The notes beneath the pieces are model-generated. The model saw nothing but the letters and a program-made list of their open reading frames with translations. It was not told the DNA's origin and made no database searches. The translations under genes and the position numbers were made by a program. Positions 33,240-43,190 of a stretch of 64,000 nt of DNA are shown in pieces (position 1 is the stretch's first letter; every line of letters starts with the position of its first letter). The DNA comes from Cyanophyceae cyanobacterium (GTDB lineage: Bacteria > Cyanobacteriota > Cyanobacteriia > Cyanobacteriales > Laspinemataceae), in contig JBBQFN010000001.1 in NCBI GenBank assembly GCA_038321985.1, positions 320,001-384,000 on the forward strand, in the 5' to 3' direction.

Positions 33240-34013
33240 ATGAAATCTTTACCCTTATTTACCCTTCAGACCCATCATAGCCTGCAAACCGTGGGTTTGG
33301 TGGCAACGGATCTCGACGGGACTCTAACTTATCAAGGAAAATTCACCCGCAGTTTGTTGGAAGGATTGGAGGCATTAGCAGCAGCAGGAGTGGCGGTAGT
33401 AGTCGTCACCGGGCGATCCGCTGGATGGGTGAGTGGGTTAGTCAGTTATTTGCCGGTGGTGGGGGCGATCGCCGAAAATGGTGGGATTTTTTACCCGAGT
33501 AATGGTGCTCCCGTCTTGTTAACCCCGATTGCGGATGGGGTGAGTCATCGCCAGCAACTAGGGGCGACGTTTGCGCGGCTATTGGCTGAATTTCCGCAAC
33601 TTCGAGAAACTTCTGATAATCAGTTTAGGGTCACCGATTGGACATTTGACGTGGAAGGACTGAGCTCAGAAAATTTACAACGATTGAGGTCCCTCTGTCA
33701 AGAAATGGGCTGGGGGTTTACCTTTAGTACCGTACATTGTCATATCAAACCCCAGGGTCAGGATAAGGCAGTCGCCTTGTTGCAGGTGTTGCGCGATCGC
33801 TTCTTGAACTTTACCCGCGATCGCATCGTGACGGTGGGGGATAGTCCCAATGACGAGAGTTTATTTGATCCCAGCCTCTTCCCCTTATCTGTCGGCGTTG
33901 CTAACATTACTGAATACTTTCCCATCCTCAAACATCACCCCGCCTACGTCACAGATTTATCCGAATCTGAGGGCTTTTGCGAGTTAGTTCGCGCCATTCT
34001 TGCGGCCCAATAA
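33240..34013 (+). CDS. HAD-superfamily subclass IIB hydrolase
   Basis: DLDGTLT, VTGRS, AENG and GDSPND motifs. ATG 33240 preferred. Confidence 0.9.
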   Translation: MKSLPLFTLQTHHSLQTVGLVATDLDGTLTYQGKFTRSLLEGLEALAAAGVAVVVVTGRSAGWVSGLVSYLPVVGAIAENGGIFYPSNGAPVLLTPIADGVSHRQQLGATFARLLAEFPQLRETSDNQFRVTDWTFDVEGLSSENLQRLRSLCQEMGWGFTFSTVHCHIKPQGQDKAVALLQVLRDRFLNFTRDRIVTVGDSPNDESLFDPSLFPLSVGVANITEYFPILKHHPAYVTDLSESEGFCELVRAILAAQ

Positions 34014-34066
34014 CCTCAAAAACTGCGATCGCCTTTAGGGTGGAGTGGCGATCGCAGTTTTACCCG

Positions 34067-35026
34067 TTACAGGGCGGCTGGGATAAAATTCCCCGATACA
34101 AATTTCCATTGATTTTGTTCTTTTGCCAGATTAACCTCAATCTCATACAAAGTATCTAAGTTACCATAAATCACGGCCTCTGTTAGCTGCTTTTCTTCTT
34201 CTTTAAAAGTCCATTTATTAAATTCAATCTCTCTGCGTCTTTCTAATGCCAGGGGCAAAATTGGATTCTCTTGAACTCTTTTTTGATACTCCTCCAAAGT
34301 AACCTGCTCTCGAAGTTGACTAGAGGCATTTTCATAAGCCGCCTGAACATTTTTGTTCATAGCAATTCCTTTTTCTAGGCGCATAAAATGGGCGGTTGCC
34401 GCTTGATTCGCCGACCGGATTTCGGGGAGATAGGTTTTGATAAAATAAAATCCTACCGCCAATCCCGCTAAACTCACCAGCAGCAAGATGATACCGATGA
34501 TCTTTTTAAACGTAAAAATATATCGGTCCTCAACAATGATGCCCGGAAGCCCAGCATCCCGATTAATCACTAGAGTTCGGGCATAGCGATCGCCCAAAGT
34601 TTGGTTTTTCGGAGACATTAACAGCGGGGATAGTAGCAACAACATATCCAAAGGCTTGAAAAGCGTCCTAACTAGCGCTTGCACTAGGTTGGGTCGGCGT
34701 CCCCTTACGGTGACCACTTCTTCTTGGAAAATCAACTTACCTAGAGTCGAACCCAGGGTGGCTTCTAAGAGGGTAAAATATCCGATAAAAGCTAAAAATA
34801 CAATAAAAAATTTAGAAATATCTACCGATACAAACGTGATACTATTTACACCTATCGTAGGTAAAAACCCAATTCCCAGCCCGACGGCAAACCAAACGAG
34901 TCCAATTATAATCAAGTCAATTGCCGCAGCAATTATCCTTCGGAAAAAGCCAGGAAATAAACTTGGGGCGGGGTAATTTGCCATGATATCGAGAGAAAAT
35001 TTACGGAACAGTGTACATAATGCCAT
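34067..35026 (-). CDS. RDD family membrane protein with a C-terminal soluble domain
   Basis: FFRRIIAAAID, GSTLGK and QTLGDRYARTLV motifs. Confidence 0.85.
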   Translation of the reverse strand: MALCTLFRKFSLDIMANYPAPSLFPGFFRRIIAAAIDLIIIGLVWFAVGLGIGFLPTIGVNSITFVSVDISKFFIVFLAFIGYFTLLEATLGSTLGKLIFQEEVVTVRGRRPNLVQALVRTLFKPLDMLLLLSPLLMSPKNQTLGDRYARTLVINRDAGLPGIIVEDRYIFTFKKIIGIILLLVSLAGLAVGFYFIKTYLPEIRSANQAATAHFMRLEKGIAMNKNVQAAYENASSQLREQVTLEEYQKRVQENPILPLALERRREIEFNKWTFKEEEKQLTEAVIYGNLDTLYEIEVNLAKEQNQWKFVSGNFIPAAL

Positions 35027-35273
35027 AGATAGGGAACCATGCCAGCCTAGGGTCTATCAGGACAATCCCCTAATAGTTTATGGCACAGAAACTCCAATCT
35101 TTGAGGGCGATGCAAACCGAGGGTTGGGGCGTTCCACTTGGTAGGCAGTTACTTTTCAACCTCGGCCCCTCCAGAACGGGGCCCATTAAAATCCTGAAAC
35201 ATTTCCCCAAAATAGGATAATCATGAGTTATCGTGGTGAGATAACTGGCGCTACGCTGGAAAGTTCTAGTTCT

Positions 35274-37085
35274 ATGAAAAAACTTCTGCTCCTTTCCTTA
35301 TTTATAGTGGGTTTGGGCTTTGCCCTGTTCAACTTCAAGGGTTTAGCCAATCAAGGCACTTTCGACTCTATTGTCCTCGACTTTCGGGATGATCTTTCCT
35401 TAATCGAACTCAAGCAACAAGTTGATGCGATCGCCACCGAGTATGGCTTTGTCCCCCGTCTTAACTCCAAGTTTTCGGCGGAGGATCATTTCTATATCGT
35501 CAACGGCGATCGCCAACTCCTCAAGACCCTCAAAAAATCTGACGTCTCTAAATACACCGAATACATTGAGCCCGCTTACGAATATCAAACCCTAGATATT
35601 CCCAACGACCCATTCTACGCGCAACAGTGGAACCTCCGCAGCATCAATGTTGAAAAAGCGTGGGATGATACCAAAGGCAGTGGCATGACTGTCGCCGTGA
35701 TTGATACCGGCGTCAGTCGCGTTCCAGACTTAAAAAATACCAAATTTGTCAAAGGATACGATTTCGTCAACAATCGCGAACTCGCCGATGATGATAACGG
35801 ACATGGCACCCACGTTGCGGGAACCATCGCCCAAACCACCAATAATGGGTACGGCGTCGCGGGGGTTGCCTACGAAGCCAATATTATGCCCCTGAAAGTC
35901 TTAAGTGCCAGTGGTGGGGGCAACGTTGCCGATATCGCTGAAGCCATTAAATATGCGGCAGATAACGGCGCAGACGTGGTGAACATGAGTTTGGGCGGTA
36001 GTGGTGAAAGTAACGCCATGAAAGAGGCAGTCGCCTATGCCCATAGTAAAGGAGTTCTGATCGTTGCGGCTGCCGGAAACGAACAGCGTAACAGTGCCTC
36101 CTATCCCGCCCGGTATGCCAACGTAATCGGCGTGGCGGCGATCGATTCCACCGGACAAAAAGCCCCTTACTCCAACTTTGGGGCCGGTGTGGATATTTCC
36201 GCCCCGGGTGGCGATACCACCAAGGGAGACGAAGGGGGAATTCTCCAAGAAACCATCTCGTTCAATCCCGATACCAATCTCCCCGGTTTTGCCTTTCAAG
36301 CCTATCAAGGGACCAGCATGGCAGCGCCCCACGTTGCCGGTGTTGCTGCCTTGATTAAAGCCTCTGGAGTCACAGAACCCGACAAAATTACCGCCATCCT
36401 CAAAGAATCGGCGCGGCAGGTGAAAGAAGACCCCCTAAACCACTTTGGGGCGGGACATCTGGATGCGGCTAGTGCTGTAACCCTTGCCAAGACGGGTCAA
36501 TTTGACTTTGGTCATTTCTTTAGTGACTTCTTCCGGTGGTTGCGCGATAACGGATACCTTAACCCCCGGTTCTGGATTGATGGGGGCGTTTATGCCCTGC
36601 TACCGAAAGTCTTAATGGTCGTCGGTTCCTATCTGATTGCCTGGTTACTGAAGATGTATTTCCCCTTCAGTTGGACTTGGAGTATGGCGAGTGGATTGGT
36701 TGCCGGAAGTTCAGGTTTATTCGTATTTCGGGGATTCTATATCTACGACTTGCCCCAGTGGCCCTTCCGTATCCTCGGCAGTTCTATTCCAGAACTAGGA
36801 ACTTCAATTTCTGGGAGTAGCGCCTTCAATCCCATTTTTGCCAGTGTCGCAATTCCTGTGGTTCTGATTCTGTTGCTGTTAGGACATCCCCAATGGAAGT
36901 GGTTCGCGATCGGTTCCACGATTGGAATCGCTACCTGTCTCGGCATTAGTGCCGTGTTAGTACCGGCACCCACATTATTATGGATTGGCAGTGGCATCGG
37001 TGCAAGGGCCTTTTTAATAGTAAATGCCCTCTTGTGCTTGGCACTCGCACGTCTGGCAATGAAAGATGAAGGACAAACCGCATGA
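35274..37085 (+). CDS. S8 subtilisin-like serine peptidase with C-terminal membrane domain
   Basis: Catalytic triad VIDTG / NGHGTHVAG / GTSMAAPHVAG, oxyanion AAAGN, and several C-terminal TM helices. Confidence 0.95.
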   Translation: MKKLLLLSLFIVGLGFALFNFKGLANQGTFDSIVLDFRDDLSLIELKQQVDAIATEYGFVPRLNSKFSAEDHFYIVNGDRQLLKTLKKSDVSKYTEYIEPAYEYQTLDIPNDPFYAQQWNLRSINVEKAWDDTKGSGMTVAVIDTGVSRVPDLKNTKFVKGYDFVNNRELADDDNGHGTHVAGTIAQTTNNGYGVAGVAYEANIMPLKVLSASGGGNVADIAEAIKYAADNGADVVNMSLGGSGESNAMKEAVAYAHSKGVLIVAAAGNEQRNSASYPARYANVIGVAAIDSTGQKAPYSNFGAGVDISAPGGDTTKGDEGGILQETISFNPDTNLPGFAFQAYQGTSMAAPHVAGVAALIKASGVTEPDKITAILKESARQVKEDPLNHFGAGHLDAASAVTLAKTGQFDFGHFFSDFFRWLRDNGYLNPRFWIDGGVYALLPKVLMVVGSYLIAWLLKMYFPFSWTWSMASGLVAGSSGLFVFRGFYIYDLPQWPFRILGSSIPELGTSISGSSAFNPIFASVAIPVVLILLLLGHPQWKWFAIGSTIGIATCLGISAVLVPAPTLLWIGSGIGARAFLIVNALLCLALARLAMKDEGQTA

Positions 37086-37315
37086 GTATTAATGTAGAAG
37101 GGACAATCGAACGCAAAAATATCGGTCCCGGTGCGTGGGCATTGGTTTCCGATGCGGGTCAAACCTACGAGATTTATCAAGGTGCACCGGCAGATTTGTT
37201 AAAGCCCGGTCAAAAGGTCAAAGTCAAAGGTCAGGTGCGTGATGATGTGATGACAATGGCAATGATTGGCCCGGTTTTAGAGGTGAAATCTTTTGAGGCG
37301 ATCGCCTCAGATTAG
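37082..37315 (+). CDS. Small OB-fold-like protein coupled to the subtilase gene
   Basis: ATGA overlap; G.WALV...G.TYE...V.V.G.VR.DVMT.AMIGPVLEV. Confidence 0.75.
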   Translation: MSINVEGTIERKNIGPGAWALVSDAGQTYEIYQGAPADLLKPGQKVKVKGQVRDDVMTMAMIGPVLEVKSFEAIASD

Positions 37316-37355
37316 CTCAACACTAAACCTCTGGCTACTGGAGTCTGACTCTATT

Positions 37356-37385
37356 AAAAAAGGCGCACGGTTGTGCGCCTTTTTT
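37356..37385. terminator. Bidirectional intrinsic terminator
   Basis: AAAAAA-GGCGCAC-GGTT-GTGCGCC-TTTTTT. Confidence 0.85.
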
Positions 37386-37623
37386 AATATTTTAGGGAGA
37401 GGGGTTACCCGGAGAAAAAACCCTAGACACCTCGGGGCAAATCCCCTTAAAAGTCTAATCCTAGTAATAGACGAATTGCAGAATCCTATCAAGGCGATTG
37501 CCGTTGACCAGGGGGAGTTGGGGGGATCAGTCCGGAATTTTGCAAGAGGTCTAGTCCTCATTCACAAATTCTGTTAAATTAACCTCAATCTTTAAGCTGA
37601 GGGCCGGTTGTAGTCTAGAATAG

Positions 37624-37673
37624 AAAAAACCGGCTCAAAAGAGCCGGGAAACGTCAATCAGGGTGCATCTACC
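37624..37673 (-). ncRNA. nsiR1: NsiR1-like small RNA, intact copy A
   Basis: Minus strand reads GGTAGATGCACCCTGAT-TGACGTTT-CCCGGCTC-TTTT-GAGCCGG-TTTTTT: NsiR1-type 5' end plus terminator, upstream of hetF and on the opposite strand. Confidence 0.8.
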
Positions 37674-37680
37674 TTTCCTT

Positions 37681-37708
37681 TCTTCTGGAAAGACCCCTGC
37701 AATCCGGA
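37681..37708 (-). promoter_or_regulatory. DIF1-type promoter of copy A
   Basis: TCCGGA at 37703-37708 (-35..-30 from 37673), then 17 nt, then GAAGA. Confidence 0.7.
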
Positions 37709-37978
37709 AAAATTATTGCTAAACTAGAGGTTAAGCAGGCACAAAGCGAACCTGCGCCATCAGGCTGTCACTACATTTACAAGGGAGAGGGAACTTCAAT
37801 CAGGATGCCCTCCTCTCTAGTCAAGCGGGTTCATTTCTGTCTGTAACGTCAATTGGGTAAAAGGATTTCTCTTTCAGGAGCAATTTAGCGGTGCATCGGA
37901 AGGCTGCCAACAAGCGCGACTGCTCGTCGGTGAAAAATCTAGCCTTTAAATCCGTGAGGGCTGCCATCAGAACCTAGG

Positions 37979-38030
37979 AAAAAATCCCCAGTTCCTAACC
38001 ACCAGGGATCGACTTCGGAGTGCATCTATA
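37979..38030 (-). ncRNA. NsiR1-like copy, degenerate
   Basis: TATAGATGCACTCC...ATCCCTGGT-loop-ACTGGGGAT followed by a T-run; TCCGGT (one mismatch to DIF1) at 38058-38063. Confidence 0.55.
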
Positions 38031-38302
38031 CCGATCCTTCTCAGATTTTTCGGCTTAACCGGATCAAGGTAACGGAGATCTGTAACCCGTTCAAGAGAAG
38101 AATTGTAGAATTACAAACAGATCCGCCCCGACCCCCCTTAACCTGGAGGGAGGGGAAGAAATTATGCAATTCTTCTCATATTGCTTAGGGGTAAAGGATG
38201 CGGTCAAGGGTCCTGAATTTGATCGGGCTTGCTCTCCCTTTTCTGCAAAGCGATCGCACCGTGTAGTTTCTCAATTGTCAGGAGATTAACGACTTAAAAT
38301 TT

Positions 38303-38356
38303 AAAAAAATTCCCGGCTGTTTGATGCCGGGATATATCCATCAGGGTGCATCTACC
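38303..38356 (-). ncRNA. nsiR1: NsiR1-like small RNA, intact copy B
   Basis: GGTAGATGCACCCTGAT-GGATATA-TCCCGGC-ATCAAACA-GCCGGGA-ATTTTTTT. The first 17 nt are identical to copy A. Confidence 0.8.
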
Positions 38357-38363
38357 ACTCCAT

Positions 38364-38392
38364 TGTTCTCGATTGAGCTGATGCATTCCGGA
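38364..38392 (-). promoter_or_regulatory. DIF1-type promoter of copy B
   Basis: TCCGGA at 38387-38392 (-36..-31), then 18 nt, then GAACA. Confidence 0.7.
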
Positions 38393-38760
38393 CAGTTGTC
38401 AGCATTTTTTTACCAAACTTTTCACGTTCATCGCTCAAGGGATGATGAGGTCAATTTAGATTGAGGAATGAATAAAGTTAGAGAATTGGGTAACTTTTCC
38501 AGAGTGGTTTCGTCTATCCGGAAAGACTCTATCAAAACTAAAACTCCTCGGAAAAAACTGGCACAGATAATCCGTGAAATTAGAATTTAAGCGGGAACTT
38601 AATTTATCCCTAAACCCGGGGAAATGAGCTTTAATCTGCCCGTTTTAACCGAAAATTATCCCTTTGCAACTAGAGTTAAAAATAAAGTGGGAGGGCCTAA
38701 AAAAACCAAGGCCAATCCCTTAGATAAGATATAAACAGTGAGCAGGAGTGCAGTGAAACT

Positions 38761-41328
38761 GTGAGCCAGAAATTTGAAGAATTACATATTTCTGTAACCC
38801 CAGTTGGGGACGACAAGTATTTAGTGCGGACCGAACAAGCACCGAAAGGCGTGCTCCCGGCTGAAGAACAAGTCGTCTGGCCGGTAGAGGGCTGGTTGCG
38901 TCAAGCTGCCAAGTTGATGGAAGATCCATTATCGATGTTGATGCGCTTAAACGATCAACCCTACCCTTCCCCAGACTCGCCCACGGCAGACTTGGAACGG
39001 GCTACGTTAGGAAACTTAGTAGAACTGGGTCAGGAACTTTATCAAGCATTGTTTCAAGGCAGTTTGCTCGATCGCCTGACTTCCGCACAAGCGATCGCCC
39101 ATAACCAGGGGAATGTCCTAAGATTGCGCCTGGGACTCAAAGGGGCTCATCTGCCTCGTCTACCTTGGGAGGTGATTCACGAAGACACCCGGGCGATCGC
39201 CACGGGCAAAGATCTCGTCTTTTCCCGCTATCAACCCACCTTAGCACCTGTCGCCCTCCCTGCAAATACCGGCGATCGGGTGAAAATTTTGATGGTCTTG
39301 GCAGCACCCACGGACCGTGAAAATCTCGCCCTCAAACGGGAAGCGATTCACCTCCAGGAGGACCTCAAAGCCCGATGGCGCAGTGGTACTCCCGTTACAG
39401 GTAAACCCCCTCAAATCCAACTGGATATCCTCGAACAACCCAACCGAGAAGAACTCACCCGCGCCTTAGAACAAAATCACTACCAAGTCTTACATTACTC
39501 CGGTCACAGCGATGTGGGTGCCGGTGGGGGTGAACTATATCTCGTCAACCGCAAAACGGGCTTAAGCGAAGTCCTCACCGGAAATGACCTCGCCGGATTG
39601 TTAGTCAATGCGGGGATTCGCATGGCGGTCTTTAACTCCTGTCGCGGGGCCTATACTGCCAGTTCTGACCCCACGGATGCCACCGGCAGAAGGTGTCTGG
39701 CCGAGGTCCTAGTCAAGCGCGGCGTCCCCGGCGTCCTGGCAATGGCAGAACGGATCACCGATGATGTGGCCCTGACTCTAACCCGGTTATTTTATTACAA
39801 CATCAAACAGGGTTATCCCGTAGACCTCAGTCTGAATCGTGCCCGACAAGGGTTGATGTCCGCCTATGGTTCTCACGAACTCTACTGGGCGCTGCCGGTT
39901 CTGTATCTCCATCCCGAATTTGATGGGTATCTCACATCGGAAAAAACCCCGTTGGACAATTCTGGCACCACCGGAGGCGATCGCCCAATTACGCGCAAGA
40001 CTTCCCCGATTCCCCAGGAAATCGCCGCCTCTAGTTCCCTTTCTACACACTCTCCCCCCACCACTCCTCATTCCAGAGAATCTCTTGATTTCGGCAAGAT
40101 ACCCCCCTCCCGCACGGGAACAATGACGGTGCAAAGTCCTTACGCCGAGGACGAGACAGACCTTTTCGATGAGGGAGACCTCGAAGGGGTATATGAAGAT
40201 ATCATGTATGACGAACTGGATGATGACGAGGCGGTTTCAATCGTTTCGGAGTTGTTCCGAGAGATGGTGGGTGAGACTGACCCCGAAACCGATGCAGTCC
40301 ATCGTCAGCAAAGCCAAGTCCAAAAGGCTTTTGATATCCTTCAAGAAACCATTACGGAGGAATTAGCGCCAGAGGCCACCACGGCACAGCAGTTGCCCGA
40401 GGAATGGCCGTTACCCGCAACCGATGCGCCTCTGACTCAAAAGCCTCAGACTACATCAACGGCCAGAAAATCCTCCGGATTTAAGTGGCGCGTTGCTGTT
40501 GGCGCTGCTGTGGCGATCGCCATTGCGGGTGCTGGGTTTTGGATTGGGCAAACTCGCTTTTCCTCCACCAGCAGTAGACTCGAAGCGTTACTCCCACCCA
40601 CGGGATCGATCGCCTTAGAGTCCCCCTTATCTGCGGGCGATCGGATGAATCTTAGTCAATTACAAACCCCAGAAGTGGGCAAATTAGCCTTTGCTTATTT
40701 TAACGAAGGAGATGCGATCGCCGGTCAAGAAGCCGTAGAAGAACTCCTCCAACCCCAACGCAGCGCCCTTAATTATGCAGAAGCGGTACTCAGCGGCGTT
40801 CCCGAACCCCATAAATTTGATTCCAGCATCACCTTTTTATGGGGTCGTCTCGCTTGGCAAGCGGCCCTTTCAGGCAATCCTAAATACAGTTTAGATGATG
40901 TCCGCAGATATTGGACTCGTGCCATCCAACAAGAACCTAATAATCCCACCTACTACAATGCCCTAGGCTTTGCCTACTACGCCGATGGTAACTTCAAAAA
41001 AGCCGAAGATGCTTGGATGGAATCCTTAAAATTACTCGAAAAAATGCCCTTAATGGGTGCTAAAAATTCCACGATTCCAGAATCTACTCCTCTGGAAAGT
41101 TATGATGCTCTAACTGCCTATGCCGGATTTTCCCTAGTGATGAGTCGTTCCGTATCCAACTTACCCCCAGGCGATCGGACCCAAGTCTTAAGTAAAGCGA
41201 TTAAACTCCGAAAAATCGTCCTTTCCGTCGATCCTTTGGCCTTTCAACCTGACGCCCTAGCAAGACAATGGATGTGGCCCGAAGCCGCCCTAGAAGATTG
41301 GCGATCGCTCCTCATGGAGCGGGAGTAA
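38761..41328 (+). CDS. hetF: HetF: CHAT (caspase-like) protease with TM segment and TPR-like C-terminus
   Basis: N-terminal ISVTPVG..KYLVRTE...GV.PAEE, LPWE, catalytic HYSGHS and FNSC, YWALP.LY, acidic linker, TM helix and TPR (YYNALGFAYYA). Confidence 0.88.
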   Translation: MSQKFEELHISVTPVGDDKYLVRTEQAPKGVLPAEEQVVWPVEGWLRQAAKLMEDPLSMLMRLNDQPYPSPDSPTADLERATLGNLVELGQELYQALFQGSLLDRLTSAQAIAHNQGNVLRLRLGLKGAHLPRLPWEVIHEDTRAIATGKDLVFSRYQPTLAPVALPANTGDRVKILMVLAAPTDRENLALKREAIHLQEDLKARWRSGTPVTGKPPQIQLDILEQPNREELTRALEQNHYQVLHYSGHSDVGAGGGELYLVNRKTGLSEVLTGNDLAGLLVNAGIRMAVFNSCRGAYTASSDPTDATGRRCLAEVLVKRGVPGVLAMAERITDDVALTLTRLFYYNIKQGYPVDLSLNRARQGLMSAYGSHELYWALPVLYLHPEFDGYLTSEKTPLDNSGTTGGDRPITRKTSPIPQEIAASSSLSTHSPPTTPHSRESLDFGKIPPSRTGTMTVQSPYAEDETDLFDEGDLEGVYEDIMYDELDDDEAVSIVSELFREMVGETDPETDAVHRQQSQVQKAFDILQETITEELAPEATTAQQLPEEWPLPATDAPLTQKPQTTSTARKSSGFKWRVAVGAAVAIAIAGAGFWIGQTRFSSTSSRLEALLPPTGSIALESPLSAGDRMNLSQLQTPEVGKLAFAYFNEGDAIAGQEAVEELLQPQRSALNYAEAVLSGVPEPHKFDSSITFLWGRLAWQAALSGNPKYSLDDVRRYWTRAIQQEPNNPTYYNALGFAYYADGNFKKAEDAWMESLKLLEKMPLMGAKNSTIPESTPLESYDALTAYAGFSLVMSRSVSNLPPGDRTQVLSKAIKLRKIVLSVDPLAFQPDALARQWMWPEAALEDWRSLLMERE

Positions 41329-41355
41329 CTAAAGATAAAGCCGAAGTTTTTTCAA

Positions 41356-41430
41356 TGTTGGTAGTAACACTTTTAGTCGTTCTTATCTTTGTTGGTAGTA
41401 ACGACTTTAGTCGTTTCTTTACTGTTAGTA
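41356..41430. repeat. Tandem ~34-bp GTAG-type palindromic repeat
   Basis: TGTTGGTAGTAAC(A/GA)CTTT(T)AGTCGTT occurs twice, with a partial third start, between convergent genes. Confidence 0.6.
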
Positions 41431-41485
41431 GAGAGGCCCGCTTTCTTATTTCTACAGTTGTTGCTTTCCAGTCAACGCCTTAACT

Positions 41486-41893
41486 TTACTTATCCCGAAC
41501 TTCTGGAACCTCGGTAACACCAGGACTCATCAACACATTCCAGGAACTCCAGGCCATCCCCAGAAACAGCATCCAGGCCAAAATTCCCAAAACCCAGGGC
41601 CGCCGTTGCAGGAATTGCACCAGAGAGCGGGAAAGGGGCTGTTTGGTAACCCCGCTAAGCCGGCGCGGGGGACCCACCCACCCCTTCCCCTCCGGCAGCA
41701 GGGGGCGATCGCCCTGCTCCCTCAACCCCCTCAAATAATCCAAGTGAGCATCCCGACTCCCGCTTAAATCTCGCAATCGCGCCAACTGACTCTCCCGGTT
41801 TGGCATAAAAGCTCGCAACCGATTGATTTGTCGCCGATCCGATACACTAAACGGTTTTAAAAGTCTAGAACTCATAAATGCTCCCGAGATCAA
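41486..41893 (-). CDS. Hypothetical membrane-anchored protein
   Basis: Basic N-terminus and a C-terminal TM helix (PWVLGILAWMLFLGMAW); downstream of ddl. Confidence 0.5.
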   Translation of the reverse strand: MISGAFMSSRLLKPFSVSDRRQINRLRAFMPNRESQLARLRDLSGSRDAHLDYLRGLREQGDRPLLPEGKGWVGPPRRLSGVTKQPLSRSLVQFLQRRPWVLGILAWMLFLGMAWSSWNVLMSPGVTEVPEVRDK

Positions 41894-41946
41894 TGACCCA
41901 CTTGAGTGAATGCCAGTTGCCTTGCATTCCCCTTAATCTGCTCACT

Positions 41947-43023
41947 TTAACCTTTAATTTTAGTAGGATGCCGATCTACAGCCAACTCAATCAATTGGTC
42001 TATTAATTCAGTAAAGGAAACACCCGTTGCCGCCCACAGTTGCGGGTACATACTCAATGAAGTAAAACCGGGTAGAGTATTAATTTCATTAATAAATAGC
42101 TCGCCGGTTGCTTCAACATAAAAAAAGTCCACGCGGCTCAATCCGGCACCATCAACCGCTTCAAAGGCACGGATTGCCATTTCCTGAATTTGAGCCGCGA
42201 CTGCCTCGGGTAATTCTGCTGGAATAAACAAGGAGGCTTTGCCGTCGGTATATTTGGTTTCATAGTCGTAAAAATCACTTTCATAAGTAATTTCTCCAAC
42301 CACAGAAGCCTTAGCATTATCATTCCCTAAGACGGCACATTCCACTTCGCGCGCTACGACTCCCGCCTCGACAATCAGGCGGCGATCGTAACTGGCTGCA
42401 CTATCTAAAGCGGCCTCTAATTCACTGCGCGATCGCACCTTAGAAATCCCCACAGACGAGCCTAAATTCGCCGGTTTCACAAAGCAGGGATACCCTAAAT
42501 TTTGCTCAATTTCATCACAGAGTTTCGGAAACATACCAGGGTTGGACCAAACCTGCGATCGGCTCACCGCCATATACTTAACTTGGGGCAAATCAGCCCG
42601 ACTAAACGCCGTTTTCATCGCTAATTTGTCCATCCCCACTGCCGAACCCATCACCCCCGTGCCAACAAAGGGGACCTGCATTAAACTCAGCAAACCTTGA
42701 ATTGTCCCATCTTCCCCATTGGGACCATGCAGAATCGGAAACCACACCTCAACCGTCCCCGCTTCTGCTGGAAATTGCCATAATTTGGCCCGATCGCCCG
42801 TCTCTCCCCCATCATTCCGGGGAACTCCCGCATCTAGCACCTGTTGCGCCACTGCTGGGGAGTGCCATAACCCGTCCTTGTCAATATAAAAGGGCAGAGT
42901 TTCGTATTTCTGGGCATTCGATTCCCCTGCCAATGCCTTGGCGATCGCCCTTGCTGAAACGATGGAGACCTCATGTTCTCCGGAACGACCGCCAAATAAT
43001 AATCCGACCCGCAACTTAGCCAT
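41947..43023 (-). CDS. ddl: D-alanine--D-alanine ligase
   Basis: [34 protein letters not shown] and [10 protein letters not shown] motifs. Confidence 0.97.
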   Translation of the reverse strand: MAKLRVGLLFGGRSGEHEVSIVSARAIAKALAGESNAQKYETLPFYIDKDGLWHSPAVAQQVLDAGVPRNDGGETGDRAKLWQFPAEAGTVEVWFPILHGPNGEDGTIQGLLSLMQVPFVGTGVMGSAVGMDKLAMKTAFSRADLPQVKYMAVSRSQVWSNPGMFPKLCDEIEQNLGYPCFVKPANLGSSVGISKVRSRSELEAALDSAASYDRRLIVEAGVVAREVECAVLGNDNAKASVVGEITYESDFYDYETKYTDGKASLFIPAELPEAVAAQIQEMAIRAFEAVDGAGLSRVDFFYVEATGELFINEINTLPGFTSLSMYPQLWAATGVSFTELIDQLIELAVDRHPTKIKG

Positions 43024-43190
43024 TGTTGACCCCTTTTAACCTTGGTGATTTTAGCTGTTAGAGTGGCAATCCATAACGGGATTCCAAACTCTTGCCTCTA
43101 AAATACGATGGACCGCATCCCTTGTCCGAGATACAGTAGCATAAGTTGTCGGATTTTTGCCCATCCTCGGCCTAGTCCCCTCAAAATCTG

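Noticed and set aside
37293..37577. ORFs 37293-37577 (+) and 37307-37561 (-), including a possible PatX-like peptide
   Set aside because: Both cross a strong terminator and contain no RG(S/T)GR motif.
38105..38118. NtcA site GTA-N8-AAC
   Set aside because: Mismatched to GTA-N8-TAC and not clearly positioned relative to a promoter.
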